From positions 25,487 to 89,486 of the forward strand of contig WQVN01000001.1 of NCBI GenBank assembly GCA_009785795.1: a stretch of DNA of 64,000 nt. The letters are read 5' to 3'. The position numbers and the translations under genes are program-made. Source of the DNA: Coriobacteriia bacterium. GTDB taxonomy: Bacteria; Actinomycetota; Coriobacteriia; WRKU01; WQUG01. Shown here in pieces: positions 10,212-21,786 of this stretch (positions within the stretch are counted from its first letter, which is position 1; each line of letters opens with the position of its first letter). The notes beneath the pieces are model-generated. The model did no database searches and was not told the origin of the DNA. It saw nothing but the letters and a program-made list of their open reading frames with translations.

Positions 10212-11668
10212 TATCTTGCAACCAATTGCGGGCCTTGAGGAGTGTCTTTGATCGCATAGCCCAGTTGATCTAGTTCATCGCGAATTTCATCAGCGCGTGC
10301 CCAGTCCTTTGCTTCACGTGCCGCAGTACGTTCCTGCAGCAAGGCTTCTGCTTGTGGATTGCCTTTATCTGCCACATCATTTGCTACAAGTTGTATCCCC
10401 AATACATTAAACAGCTCCAGCAAGGTATCATGGGCAGATTGCAAGGAAAGGACTTCGTCTTCGTCAAGTGCCTCTGCTGCCGTATCGTCCAAAAAAGTAT
10501 TCATCTGACGAACTAAATCAAACAAGCTTGCCAACGCACCTGCCGCATTAAAGTCATCGTTCATTTCTCTGCGGAATTCGCTACCAGTCGCAACATATGC
10601 CGTTTGCAACACGGTAGACGCAGCACTAGGAAACATCTGCCTGCTACGCTTGCGCCAACTGGCAGGATTGCTTGATGCAGCAAGCACAAAAGTGGCACGA
10701 TCAACCAATGACTGAACGCGCTCTAAGCTTGTTGCGGCCTCTACAAGACGTGTGTCAGAAAAGTCCAAAGGACTACGATAGTGCGTCTGCAACATCAACA
10801 AGCGAATGACATTAGGATCATATTTTTTTAGCACATCATGTAGCAGCATAAAGTTACCCAGCGACTTGCTCATCTTTTCGCCTGAAGTTTGCAGCATGCC
10901 GCTGTGCATCCAGTAGTGTGCCATCTGCTTACCCGTGGCCGCCTCTGTCTGTGCTATTTCATTTTCATGGTGCGGAAAGACCAGATCAACACCACCACCA
11001 TGAATGTCAAAGGGAATGCCCAGTTCTGCATCACTCATAGCGCTGCATTCGATATGCCAACCTGGACGTCCCGCACCCCAGGGGCTATCCCAAGACGGCT
11101 CACCGGGTTTTGCGGACTTCCACAGCGCAAAATCTAAGGGGTCGTGCTTACTGTCGTCAAGATCCTTACGTACTCCATGTAGCAAATCATCAATATCGCG
11201 TCCCGACAACTTGCCATACTCTGGGAAAGAACGTACTGCAAAGTAGACATCACCATCTGCTGTTGCATAGGCATGGTCGCCTGCAATTAGCTGTTGGATG
11301 ATTTCAATCATTTCTGGAATCATCTGTGTCGCCTTTGGACGAATGTCGGGGTCTGCTACTCCCATCGCACGCATATCGGCAATAAAGGCATCTGTGTAAA
11401 ACTGCGCAACTTCATTAGGATTGCGTCCTTCCTCTGCTGCGCGCTGGATAATTTTGTCATCAATGTCGGTAATGTTCTGCACAAAGGCAACATCATAGCC
11501 ACTCCACTGCAGGTAGCGCCTAATAACATCAAAAGATAAAAAGGTACGTGCATTGCCAATATGAATGTAGTTATAGACAGTCGGTCCGCAGACATACATG
11601 CTGATTTTGCCGGAATTGCGCGGTTCAAATAGTTCTTTTTGTCTGCTGAGTGTGTTGTAAATTTTCAT
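10211..11668 (-). CDS. cysS: Cysteine--tRNA ligase.
   Basis: I see HIGNART and KMSKSLGN class-I motifs and Zn-binding cysteines. The track ORF extends to 11740, but I prefer the internal Met (MKIYNTLSRQ) at 11668. Confidence 0.88.
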   Translation of the reverse strand: MKIYNTLSRQKELFEPRNSGKISMYVCGPTVYNYIHIGNARTFLSFDVIRRYLQWSGYDVAFVQNITDIDDKIIQRAAEEGRNPNEVAQFYTDAFIADMRAMGVADPDIRPKATQMIPEMIEIIQQLIAGDHAYATADGDVYFAVRSFPEYGKLSGRDIDDLLHGVRKDLDDSKHDPLDFALWKSAKPGEPSWDSPWGAGRPGWHIECSAMSDAELGIPFDIHGGGVDLVFPHHENEIAQTEAATGKQMAHYWMHSGMLQTSGEKMSKSLGNFMLLHDVLKKYDPNVIRLLMLQTHYRSPLDFSDTRLVEAATSLERVQSLVDRATFVLAASSNPASWRKRSRQMFPSAASTVLQTAYVATGSEFRREMNDDFNAAGALASLFDLVRQMNTFLDDTAAEALDEDEVLSLQSAHDTLLELFNVLGIQLVANDVADKGNPQAEALLQERTAAREAKDWARADEIRDELDQLGYAIKDTPQGPQLVAR

Positions 11669-11734
11669 ACGGATATTATAGCAAGAGGAATATATTCCAT
11701 CGCGCTTTGTACTAGAGTGTTCCAGATGCGCAAG

Positions 11735-11800
11735 TGTCAAGGAGAATTGAAAATCCAGCTGTGCAGCGTAGTTGCTTTACGTGAGCAGCTGGATTTTTTG
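11735..11800. repeat. Copy 1 of a roughly 65-bp palindromic intergenic repeat that also acts as the metQ terminator.
   Basis: The sequence is gtcaaggagaattgAAAATCCAGCTGtgcagcgtagttgctttacgtgagCAGCTGGATTTTTTg. It forms a 12-bp stem flanked by T runs. A near-identical element lies at 18205-18268. Confidence 0.7.
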
Positions 11801-11832
11801 ATTCGACGCAGAGGTTGCGTGTCTGGAGCACT

Positions 11833-12696
11833 TTAGAATGTGGGGACAACTCTACCTTCATATTGCTCGAGAATGAAATTGCGAACCTCTTCTGAATTCA
11901 AAACTTCTGCTAGCCTGAGGATTGCAGGGTCATCTGCACGCTCAGTTTGTGCCACTAACAGGTTAGTGTAGGTAAGTGCAGCCTCGGACTCTCTGTCCTC
12001 GGTGATCAGCACGGTATCAAAATCAATGCCTGCCTGCAGGGCAACATTGCCATTAATGACTGCAAAATCAACATCTGGCAGCGTGCGAGGCAGCTGAGGT
12101 GCCTCTGCTTCTACGATTTCGACATTATGAGGGTTGCCTGTAATGTCGCGTGATGTTGCCAACAGACCCGCGTCTGGATCCAGTGTAATAATCCCTGCCG
12201 ATTCAAGCAGATTAAGAGCACGTGCCCCATTGGTAGGATCGCTGGGTATCGCAATCTGTGCATCATTTGGAATGTTATCAAGATCATCGCTTTGACCAGG
12301 ATACAGTCCTAAAGGCTCAAAGTGAATACCTGTGATGGGTGTGAGATCAGTGCCATTCTCTTCGCCAAAACTTTCCAGATATGGCAGATGCTGGAAGAAA
12401 TTCGCATCGATTTCACCTGCGTCAAGCGCCATGTTTGGCAAAACAAAATCCGTGTAAACGGTTACCTCTATCTCGATTCCCTCTTCACGTAGCTTCTCGC
12501 CTACAAATTCAAGAATTTCTGCATGTGGTACGGGAGTCGCACCCACTACCAAGGTCACTGGCTCTGCAGTATCAGCGTCACCGTTTACTGTACCCTTGTC
12601 TGCATCTGCATCATCGCCACAACCAATCAGCGCAAATGAAAAGATGAGCGCCAGTGCCAGTAACAATACGACGAACTTGTTTCTTCCAGTAGTCAT
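11833..12696 (-). CDS. metQ: Methionine ABC transporter substrate-binding lipoprotein (MetQ/NlpA family).
   Basis: The ORF is 287 aa. It has a lipobox (LIGCGDD) and the NlpA/MetQ fold. Confidence 0.8.
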   Translation of the reverse strand: MTTGRNKFVVLLLALALIFSFALIGCGDDADADKGTVNGDADTAEPVTLVVGATPVPHAEILEFVGEKLREEGIEIEVTVYTDFVLPNMALDAGEIDANFFQHLPYLESFGEENGTDLTPITGIHFEPLGLYPGQSDDLDNIPNDAQIAIPSDPTNGARALNLLESAGIITLDPDAGLLATSRDITGNPHNVEIVEAEAPQLPRTLPDVDFAVINGNVALQAGIDFDTVLITEDRESEAALTYTNLLVAQTERADDPAILRLAEVLNSEEVRNFILEQYEGRVVPTF

Positions 12697-12794
12697 TTCT
12701 TCCTCCTATTTTTGTAACGCTTTTGCCCTTACGCCCTCTTGCGTGGAACAAAAGCATGCGATACAGTGTAAGCGATTTTCTCTCGCAGAAAAAG

Positions 12795-12819
12795 TTATGT
12801 AACAAAGTGTTACATAACA
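12795..12819. promoter_or_regulatory. Perfect 10-bp inverted repeat GTTATGTAAC-N5-GTTACATAAC in the metQ/coaBC divergent intergenic region.
   Basis: I read it directly. It has the geometry expected of a dimeric regulator operator. The cognate factor is unknown. Confidence 0.4.
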
Positions 12820-12977
12820 GTATTACTGCATACAAGGGGGGGCGGATGCTTATAGCCATAAACGGTCTGCTCCTAAAGTCTGTATCTGAAATCATCGCAA
12901 CATAGGCTCATCAGCTGCAGCGGTTTTGCTATTCTCTTCTTCTCTTTTGCTCGTGACTTGCTGATACAATAGCAGGC

Positions 12978-14375
12978 ATGACTGATGGCGCACAACAAAA
13001 AACTATTCTGCTGGGAATCACAGGTGGCATTGCTGCTTATAAAATATGCGACCTTGTACGTCAGCTGGTACATGCGGGACATAATGTCAAGGTCGTAATG
13101 ACTGAACATGCACAAGAATTCATCGGTGCAGCTACCTTTCGATCGCTGACAGGTAATCCCGTTGCAACTGAGTTATTTGATGACCCACATGCACCCATCA
13201 ATCACATCAGCTTGGCACAAGAAACAGATATCTTTCTAATCGCACCCACAACGGCAAATGTCATCGCCAAAATCGCACATGGTCGTGCTGATGACCTGCT
13301 AACTACCACTGCGCTCACCTTTCAGGGTCCGCTACTAATAGCCCCTGCTATGAACACACAAATGTATCTTGACTCGGTAACACAGGAAAACCTCACGACC
13401 CTTGCATCACGTGGAGCAAACATTATCGGGCCCGCAGCAGGAGAGCTCGCCTGTGGAACCAGTGGTCCTGGACGTATGGCAGACATTGCTGACTTGTTCA
13501 CTGCAGTAGAGGAGCATATCCAAACCAGCACCACTCTTGCAGGCAAAAAAGTTCTTATCAGTGCTGGACCAACTCATGAATATTTTGACCCTGTGCGCTA
13601 TATGACAAATCGCTCATCTGGAAAAATGGGCATTGCTCTGGCACGAGCAGCATTGCACAAAGGAGCAGAGGTGGAACTAGTCGCAGGACCCACAGCAGAA
13701 ACTGTACCTGTTGATGAACATCTAACACATATTGATGTCACAACAGCTGTCGAAATGCATCAAGAAATGCTTAGAGCGGCTTCAGATGCTGACCTCATCA
13801 TCTGTGCTGCTGCAGTGGCTGATTACAGACCATCTGAAATATCGCCAACAAAAATCAAGAAGCAGATGTGGGGCAGCGGTCAAAACTTAGCCCAGAACAT
13901 CGAAACCTATCTGGATGCCTTAAGCAATGGCACTGCTGACGCTGAAAAACCAAGAAATGAAATTGCGTCTGATGCATCTAGCGACAACATGCGCGACCTT
14001 GCAATTTCGCATGAAGGCAAAAGGCAGGCAGAGGACGACATCTCTGAGCATCTAATTGTTGAATTCGTTCCAAACCCCGATATCCTGGCAGAGCTCGGCC
14101 AAATGAAGTTGGATGGTGCCTTGAAGAACGATATGATTTTGGTTGGGTTTGCTGCAGAAACTGACAACATTGAAGAAAATGTTCGTGCAAAGCTCGATCG
14201 TAAAGGAGCCGACTTCATCGTAGCCAACGATGTCTCTCGTGCAGACATAGGCTTTGAATCTGAAGACAATGAAGTGCGTATCTTTAGTAGGGCTGCACCA
14301 GATGCAGACATTCTTCTTCCCCAGAATTCAAAGGTGCAACTCGCAGAACAAATCCTAAAAATTGTAATGGAATAA
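12978..14375 (+). CDS. coaBC: Bifunctional phosphopantothenoylcysteine decarboxylase / phosphopantothenate-cysteine ligase.
   Basis: The ORF is 465 aa. It has an N-terminal flavoprotein domain (ILLGITGGIAAYK) and a C-terminal DFP/CoaB domain. Confidence 0.9.
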   Translation: MTDGAQQKTILLGITGGIAAYKICDLVRQLVHAGHNVKVVMTEHAQEFIGAATFRSLTGNPVATELFDDPHAPINHISLAQETDIFLIAPTTANVIAKIAHGRADDLLTTTALTFQGPLLIAPAMNTQMYLDSVTQENLTTLASRGANIIGPAAGELACGTSGPGRMADIADLFTAVEEHIQTSTTLAGKKVLISAGPTHEYFDPVRYMTNRSSGKMGIALARAALHKGAEVELVAGPTAETVPVDEHLTHIDVTTAVEMHQEMLRAASDADLIICAAAVADYRPSEISPTKIKKQMWGSGQNLAQNIETYLDALSNGTADAEKPRNEIASDASSDNMRDLAISHEGKRQAEDDISEHLIVEFVPNPDILAELGQMKLDGALKNDMILVGFAAETDNIEENVRAKLDRKGADFIVANDVSRADIGFESEDNEVRIFSRAAPDADILLPQNSKVQLAEQILKIVME

Positions 14376-14409
14376 TCTGGGTTTCGAAGTCTTAACATGT
14401 GTACGAAAA

Positions 14410-14486
14410 TGGTCGGGCTGACTGGATTTGAACCAGCGACCCCATGACCCCCAGTCATGTGCGCTACCATGCTGCGCCACAGCCCG
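14410..14486 (-). tRNA. tRNA-Pro (anticodon GGG).
   Basis: The reverse complement folds with acceptor CGGGCTG/CAGCCCG, anticodon loop CTGGGGG, T-arm GCTGGTTCAAATCCAGT and a terminal CCA. Confidence 0.85.
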
Positions 14487-14520
14487 ACGCGGATGCTAGT
14501 TTAGCACATTTCCACAGCAA

Positions 14521-14555
14521 AAGAGGGTAGGTCAAACTGACCTACCCTCTTTTTA
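14521..14555. terminator. Bidirectional rho-independent terminator serving groEL and the coaBC/tRNA-Pro side.
   Basis: AAGAGGGTAGGTC-aaact-GACCTACCCTCTT is a perfect 13-bp stem. T runs follow on both strands. Confidence 0.7.
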
Positions 14556-14705
14556 AACAATGTTCTTACCATTCAAAGTTTTGAGTTGTTTTAGCAAAGC
14601 GTGGGCGCAAGGCTCGTGTAGCTGCAAAACGTAAGCGACCATTGGGGTCGTGTCGTTTTGCAGATAGCGAACGAGCGATGCACGCGCAGATAAAACAGGT
14701 CAAAA

Positions 14706-16349
<1,644 letters not shown>

Positions 16350-16379
16350 TTATTTCTCCTTTATAGATAGCTGCGAGCT

Positions 16380-16670
16380 TTAGTCTTGGACGATTGCGTA
16401 AATCTGGTCTGACTTCAAGATGATGTATTCTTCATCTTGAACCTTGACCTCATTACCACCATACTTGCTGTACACAACAACGTCGCCCACTGCAACATCC
16501 ATGGGAATGCGTTCGCCAGCTTTATTAAACTTTCCTGCGCCAACCGCCAGTACTTCGCCTCTTTGCGGCTTTTCAGTTGCAGTATCTGGTACGTACAGAC
16601 CGCTCTTTGTCTGCGTTTCAGCAGCAGCTTGTTTGACAATGATGTTGTCGCCTAGTGGCTTCAAATTCAC
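16380..16670 (-). CDS. groES: Co-chaperonin GroES.
   Basis: The ORF is 96 aa and begins [13 protein letters not shown]. It sits directly upstream of groEL. Confidence 0.95.
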   Translation of the reverse strand: MNLKPLGDNIIVKQAAAETQTKSGLYVPDTATEKPQRGEVLAVGAGKFNKAGERIPMDVAVGDVVVYSKYGGNEVKVQDEEYIILKSDQIYAIVQD

Positions 16671-16718
16671 TGTAGTCCTCCTTCTCGTCTTTCGTTCTAA
16701 TCCATTTACCTATTATGA

Positions 16719-16745
16719 TTTAGCACTCATATTGTCAGAGTGCCA
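16719..16745. promoter_or_regulatory. CIRCE operator (HrcA binding site) upstream of groES.
   Basis: TTAGCACTC-N9-GAGTGCCAA matches the TTAGCACTC-N9-GAGTGCTAA consensus with one mismatch. Confidence 0.85.
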
Positions 16746-16816
16746 AACGCTCAACTATTGTAGCAGACTTTTCGCGCTGTTATCACCCTGTAAAATTGAC
16801 AATTCTGTCAATTGAA

Positions 16817-16844
16817 AACAGCCACGGCAATTGCCGTGGCTGTT
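16817..16844 (-). terminator. Terminator of the alpha-oxoamine synthase gene.
   Basis: AACAGCCACGGCAATTGCCGTGGCTGTT is a perfect palindrome. On the minus strand a TTTTCAATT run follows. Confidence 0.7.
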
Positions 16845-16867
16845 AAACATCAAGATAGGGACTGGAT

Positions 16868-18082
16868 TTAGATGATTCCTAGTTCCTTGCCTGCTTTTTC
16901 AAACATCTCAAAAATAGTCGCAAGGTCTTCTTCTGTGTGAGTTGCCATCAGGCAAGTACGCAATCTTTCAGTTCCCTTTGGCACAGCGGGATGGACAATA
17001 GGACAAACAAATATGCCATATTCGAATAGTTTGCGCGTAAAGTCGAGTGTCTTCATCTCATCTTTAATGCGAACAGGCACAATCGCCGTACTAGTTTCCA
17101 TGGTGTCAAAGCCCAGTTCTAGCAAGCCGCGCGCATAGTCACCTTGAACTGCTTGCAAGCGCTGTACACGCCATGGCTCATCTTGAATCACATCCAGTGC
17201 CGCAATGGCTGACGCACATTGTGCTGGTGGTAAACCTGCACTGAATATAAAGGGGCGTGAATTGTGCTTCAGATAGTTGATTAGTTTACGGTCGCCTGTT
17301 GCGTAACCACCAACAGAAGGGATCGCCTTTGAGAGTGTTCCCATTTTAATGTCAATGGAGCCAAACATGTCAAAATGCTCTTCGATGCCCTTGCCTGTTG
17401 CACCCAAAGCTCCCACTGAATGAGCCTCGTCAATCATGAGACGTGCACCGTATTCATCGCAGATGCGACGTAGGGCTGGTAGGTCACACATATCACCATC
17501 CATTGAAAAAACGGAATCTGCAATGACCAGAGTTGACTCATACTTGCCCTTTGCGCGACGCAAAATGCTTTCCAGATGATCCATGTCATTGTGACGATAC
17601 GTGCGCCAACGCGCACCAGACAACATACAGCCATCTACGATTGAAGCATGGTCAAGCTTGTCCATGACAACCATATCTTTTGGCGTAGTCAGTGCCGTAA
17701 TAATGGCAACATTGGTCAAGAAGCCACTGGAGTACACACAGGCATCTTCGCGCTGAGAGTATTCAGCAATACGTGCTTCAAGTCGTTCGTGCAAGTCAGT
17801 TGTACCCGTCAGTAAGCGCACACCGCCAGCACCTGTACCATATTCATCGATGGCTTGTTTTGCCGCAGCCTCGATACCTTCATGTCCCATCAATCCAAGA
17901 TAAGAATAGGATGCAAGCATAATCAGTTCTTGCCCGCTGGCCATGGTCACACGATTATTAACTTTGCCAACTATTGGTTGCAAATAGAAATAGCGATCCA
18001 TCTGGCGCATCATCTGATAGCGCTGGTCAAATTCTTCAAGACGCGCGCTCATCGCATCGTCATACTGTCGTAATTCCTGCAT
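16868..18082 (-). CDS. PLP-dependent alpha-oxoamine synthase family acyltransferase (BioF/Kbl/serine palmitoyltransferase-like).
   Basis: The ORF is 404 aa with a class-II aminotransferase fold. The lysine region reads DSVFSMDGD. Confidence 0.75.
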   Translation of the reverse strand: MQELRQYDDAMSARLEEFDQRYQMMRQMDRYFYLQPIVGKVNNRVTMASGQELIMLASYSYLGLMGHEGIEAAAKQAIDEYGTGAGGVRLLTGTTDLHERLEARIAEYSQREDACVYSSGFLTNVAIITALTTPKDMVVMDKLDHASIVDGCMLSGARWRTYRHNDMDHLESILRRAKGKYESTLVIADSVFSMDGDMCDLPALRRICDEYGARLMIDEAHSVGALGATGKGIEEHFDMFGSIDIKMGTLSKAIPSVGGYATGDRKLINYLKHNSRPFIFSAGLPPAQCASAIAALDVIQDEPWRVQRLQAVQGDYARGLLELGFDTMETSTAIVPVRIKDEMKTLDFTRKLFEYGIFVCPIVHPAVPKGTERLRTCLMATHTEEDLATIFEMFEKAGKELGII

Positions 18083-18204
18083 GGATTTCCTCCGCTGTTT
18101 GCCTATCGACTACTGCGCTATTAAGCAGCAACCTAAAGATGTATACAAAAGTGTATACATCATATCATAGATGGCAAAACGTCCAGAGTGCGTCAAGTGT
18201 CCTG

Positions 18205-18268
18205 AGGTCAAGGAGCAGTAAAATCCAGTTGTGGAGCGTAGCAACTACGTGAGCAACTGGATTTTTGC
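18205..18268. repeat. Copy 2 of the roughly 65-bp palindromic intergenic repeat, acting as the MFS gene terminator.
   Basis: The sequence is gtcaaggagcagtAAAATCCAGTTGtggagcgtagcaactacgtgagCAACTGGATTTTTg. Its stem, loop core (agcgtag...acgtgagc) and upstream tcaaggag match the copy at 11735-11800. Confidence 0.7.
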
Positions 18269-18305
18269 ATTGCGACACAGAGATCAGATGCCTGATGTGC
18301 TCTGA

Positions 18306-19667
18306 TTAGTCCTCGCCAAATATATCTACCCCTTCAATATTTCGACTATCACCACTATCTGCATCGAGTTTTTTACCCATGGGAAACAGCAACAAGCCCA
18401 GAACCAGCGTAAGGATTCCAGCCGACACTAATACCTCTTGCACGCCAAACAAATTGGACAAGCCAGGCGCAGCTACTAATGGAATCAGCAACAGTCCCAC
18501 CATAATCGTATTGATAGTGCCCAACACACGACCAGAGACTTCAAGTGGTGAATCTGCCTGTATTAAAGTGCGTAACAGGGGATCAAATATGCCAAACACT
18601 GCACCAAGTGCAAGCTGACCTGCTACTACAAAGTAGAGATTTGTTGTTCCCACATACAGTATTGTCGCAAATCCGCATATAGGTATCAGCAGCACTAGTA
18701 GGCGTGCATTGATTTTGCGTGCAGGTATTAGAACCAGCAATGCAACACCCACAATTAGTCCAATGCCGCCAACAGCATTAATCCAGCCTATCCAAGACAA
18801 TTCAACTTCAAGAACCTGCTTGAAGTACAGTGGTTCTAAGGCATCAAATGCGCCAAAACCAAAAACGATTGCAATCGACGCAATCAGATAAAAGCGCAGA
18901 TTACGTGACTGCTTGATGATGTACCAACCTTCAAGAGCTTCGGCAAAAGGATTGCTTTTTTCTTTTGCTGAACTGTTTGTGGGCTGGACGCTCTCTGCCG
19001 CCTTTACTGTTGTCTCATCTATGTCGCCTGTAGCAACTATGGCAACTGCCTGATCAGCTTTGTCACTGTCACCATTGCCATTAGGTGAATAAATTTCACG
19101 CACCACCATAGTAATGCCTGTGCCAATAGCTGTTGCCACTGCCATCAAGATAAATACACTATAGACAGAAAAGCTGTCAGTTGCCACTGCTCCCATAGCG
19201 GGTCCAACTATTGCCGCAATAAATGTTCCGACCGTCAGAAAAGAATTTACGCGGCGCAGCCCCACCTTTGTGCGCTCCAAGTAGGGTGCAAATGACATGT
19301 AAGCTGTGTGCAGCACCGTGGTAGTAATGCCAAAAATTGCAACCATCACAATAAAAGCAGCCAGACTGCCTTCCATGGTAAATGCCAGAACACAAACAGC
19401 AATCGTAATAAGCGAGCTGTACAGTACTGTTTTGCGTGGTCCAATCCTGTCAACGACCATACCGCCAACAACGCTTCCCACCATGCTTGAAGCATTAAAG
19501 GTCAACATGACAGCTGCGATGATGGTGGGATTTCCACCAAAGCCATAGGCCGCATAACCAAAAATGCCAACCCAGTAGGCTGCCTGCATTCCGACTTCGC
19601 GGACGAGGTTGGCCAGAACGAGCCATCTCTCATTTAGATTGGCTGATGCCAATGATTTTATATTCAT
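18306..19667 (-). CDS. MFS transporter.
   Basis: The ORF is 453 aa and has about 12 predicted TM helices. Confidence 0.75.
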   Translation of the reverse strand: MNIKSLASANLNERWLVLANLVREVGMQAAYWVGIFGYAAYGFGGNPTIIAAVMLTFNASSMVGSVVGGMVVDRIGPRKTVLYSSLITIAVCVLAFTMEGSLAAFIVMVAIFGITTTVLHTAYMSFAPYLERTKVGLRRVNSFLTVGTFIAAIVGPAMGAVATDSFSVYSVFILMAVATAIGTGITMVVREIYSPNGNGDSDKADQAVAIVATGDIDETTVKAAESVQPTNSSAKEKSNPFAEALEGWYIIKQSRNLRFYLIASIAIVFGFGAFDALEPLYFKQVLEVELSWIGWINAVGGIGLIVGVALLVLIPARKINARLLVLLIPICGFATILYVGTTNLYFVVAGQLALGAVFGIFDPLLRTLIQADSPLEVSGRVLGTINTIMVGLLLIPLVAAPGLSNLFGVQEVLVSAGILTLVLGLLLFPMGKKLDADSGDSRNIEGVDIFGED

Positions 19668-19807
19668 AATTGTTATATATCCATATCAAAAAAGGGGGAA
19701 TGACACCCCACGGTAAATTTCCATGTGTGACACACAAGACTTTGCCACCAGTACCCGTCGCCACCCTACAAAAAGCAAAAGGCGTGCATCGTGAAATTGA
19801 TATGAAT

Positions 19808-19830
19808 GGGGCGGATATGAAGCCCGCCCC
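19808..19830 (-). terminator. rpsA terminator hairpin.
   Basis: GGGGCGG-atatgaag-CCCGCCCC. It lies immediately 3' of the rpsA stop on the minus strand. Confidence 0.5.
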
Positions 19831-19852
19831 TACAAGTTACTTGTGCGTCAAG

Positions 19853-21211
19853 TTATTTTTCGCCAGCAGATTCTACATCTTGAGCTACTTCTTTGGCAGC
19901 TTCATCATCTGCGGCTTTATCAGTATCAGCAGTTTCTGCTGCTGGAGTTTCTGCGGCCTCTTCAGCTACATCTGTCGCACTTGCATCGTCTTTGCTGTCA
20001 GCTGATTTATCGTCATCTGCTGCATCTGCTTCTTCTGCTGGCTTCTCTTTCTTTTTGATCTCGATCTCAAAGCCTAAGTCTTCTGCAGCTGCACGCATTG
20101 ATAGTGATACACGGCGGCGCTCTTCGTCAATAGTCATTACCTTGACTTGAATTTCGTCACCAACTGCCACCACTTGATCAGGTGTGTCAACATGTCCACG
20201 CGCCATCTCGCTGATGTGTACCAGACCTTCAACGCTGTTGCCTAAGTCTACAAAAATACCAAAAGGAACGAGCTTAGTTACTTTGCCCTCGACAATAGAG
20301 TCGATTGGGAATTTTGATACCAGTGCTTTCCACGGATCTTCTTGCGTCTGTTTCAAGCCCAGCGAGATACGCTCGCGCTTGACATTTACATCAAGTACCT
20401 TAACTTCTACAGGATCGCCTACTTTGACGACCTCGTTTGGATGCGTAATATGTCCCCAGGACAGTTCGCTAATGTGAACTAGGCCGTCAATACCGCCCAA
20501 GTCAACAAAAGCACCAAAGTCAACAATGCTTGAAATAGTTCCAGGCAAAATCATGCCTTCTTGTAGCTTGCTCAAAATCTCACCGCGATCAGCCTTGCGG
20601 CCTTCTTCTAGAATCACGCGACGCGACAGGACAACATTGTTGCGATGACGATCCATCTCGATTACTCTGGACTCAATCTTTTCGCCCAGGAAGGACTGCA
20701 AGTCTTTGACGCGACGCAAGTCAACCAGTGATGCAGGCAGGAATCCACGCAGACCAATGTCTACAATCAGACCGCCCTTAACGATTTCGATAACTTCGCC
20801 CTCGACGATTTCAGCAGACTCAAAGTAGCGCTCAACATCTGCCCATGCACGCTCGTATTCAGCACGTTTCTTAGATAGAATCAAGCGACCTTCTTTGTCC
20901 TCTTTTTGCAGGACAAGTGCTTCAATGTCATCGCCCACTGCTACGAGATCAGCAGGATTAACATCTTTGCGGATGGTTAGTTCACGAACGGGAATGACTC
21001 CCTCTGACTTATAACCAATATCGACGAGCACTTCATCATGCTCGATTTTGACCACAGTACCTTTGACTAGGTCACCATCCTCAAAACTGGTCAAGGTGGT
21101 ATCGATGAATTTCTCCATCTCTTCTTCGGTCAAATCGACCTGTTCAAAAGTTACTGCAAAGCTCTGGTCACTCATTTGGACCCCTCTCCAACTGGGTCCC
21201 CAACCGCTCAA
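19853..21211 (-). CDS. rpsA: 30S ribosomal protein S1.
   Basis: The ORF is 452 aa with four S1 domains and an acidic C-terminal tail. Confidence 0.9.
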   Translation of the reverse strand: MSGWGPSWRGVQMSDQSFAVTFEQVDLTEEEMEKFIDTTLTSFEDGDLVKGTVVKIEHDEVLVDIGYKSEGVIPVRELTIRKDVNPADLVAVGDDIEALVLQKEDKEGRLILSKKRAEYERAWADVERYFESAEIVEGEVIEIVKGGLIVDIGLRGFLPASLVDLRRVKDLQSFLGEKIESRVIEMDRHRNNVVLSRRVILEEGRKADRGEILSKLQEGMILPGTISSIVDFGAFVDLGGIDGLVHISELSWGHITHPNEVVKVGDPVEVKVLDVNVKRERISLGLKQTQEDPWKALVSKFPIDSIVEGKVTKLVPFGIFVDLGNSVEGLVHISEMARGHVDTPDQVVAVGDEIQVKVMTIDEERRRVSLSMRAAAEDLGFEIEIKKKEKPAEEADAADDDKSADSKDDASATDVAEEAAETPAAETADTDKAADDEAAKEVAQDVESAGEK

Positions 21212-21555
21212 TCCTGCCTAAATTCGTTAAAATCGCAGCCAACAGGTCAATAATCGGGGCCATTACATGCCGACCCATTCCGTCAAGGTCAGCGGGACTA
21301 GGAATTATAGCATAGGAATCAGTAGAAATTGCGTATTCCAAGTAGGAGCAGCAAAAGTTTCAGAAAAGCGGTACATGGCACACAGATGAAAGTAAGCTTG
21401 CACAACATTGCAACAGGCTCATACCGTGCAAATCTATGTATGCATATTATGTTACACTACTACATGTGCTGCGCTGGGAACTTTACTAGCAAGGCACATT
21501 GGTGCGATTTAGTTAGATTAAAAACGTAACAGATTAAATGTGGAGGAATTTAACT

Positions 21556-21786
21556 ATGTCTGGAATGTCTGGCGATAACGAAATGGGCAACATGACTGGC
21601 GGCGGAGCTGGAGCAGCCGGCGGAGCTGGTGGTGCAGGCGGTGCTGGTGGTGCACCTGCTACAGGCGATTTTACTACCCCAGAAACATGGGCAGGCTTAC
21701 TAGTTGCTTCTGCAATAGGCGTAATTGCAGCCCTCTATCTTTTGACAAAGGGTGATAAATTTATCATCAAGAAACGACCAATTTAG
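21556..21786 (+). CDS. Small Gly/Ala-rich membrane peptide (76 aa).
   Basis: A GGAGG RBS sits 7 nt upstream of the ATG at 21556. The product begins MSGMSGDNEMGNMTGGGAGAAGGAGGAGGAGGAP and has one C-terminal TM helix followed by KK. The locus is low-GC. The track ORF at 21538 includes the RBS. Confidence 0.55.
   Translation: MSGMSGDNEMGNMTGGGAGAAGGAGGAGGAGGAPATGDFTTPETWAGLLVASAIGVIAALYLLTKGDKFIIKKRPI

Noticed and set aside
12697-12977. Possible SAM (S-box) riboswitch or T-box in the metQ leader.
   Set aside because: I read the minus-strand leader and found no SAM-I core (no ...GGTGGAGGGA...CCCGATGA... consensus) and no T-box specifier or antiterminator pattern. Only the protein-operator-like palindrome stands out.
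13907-14470. Minus-strand ORF of 187 aa overlapping the coaBC 3' end and tRNA-Pro.
   Set aside because: It overlaps a tRNA gene and a conserved CDS, so it is spurious.
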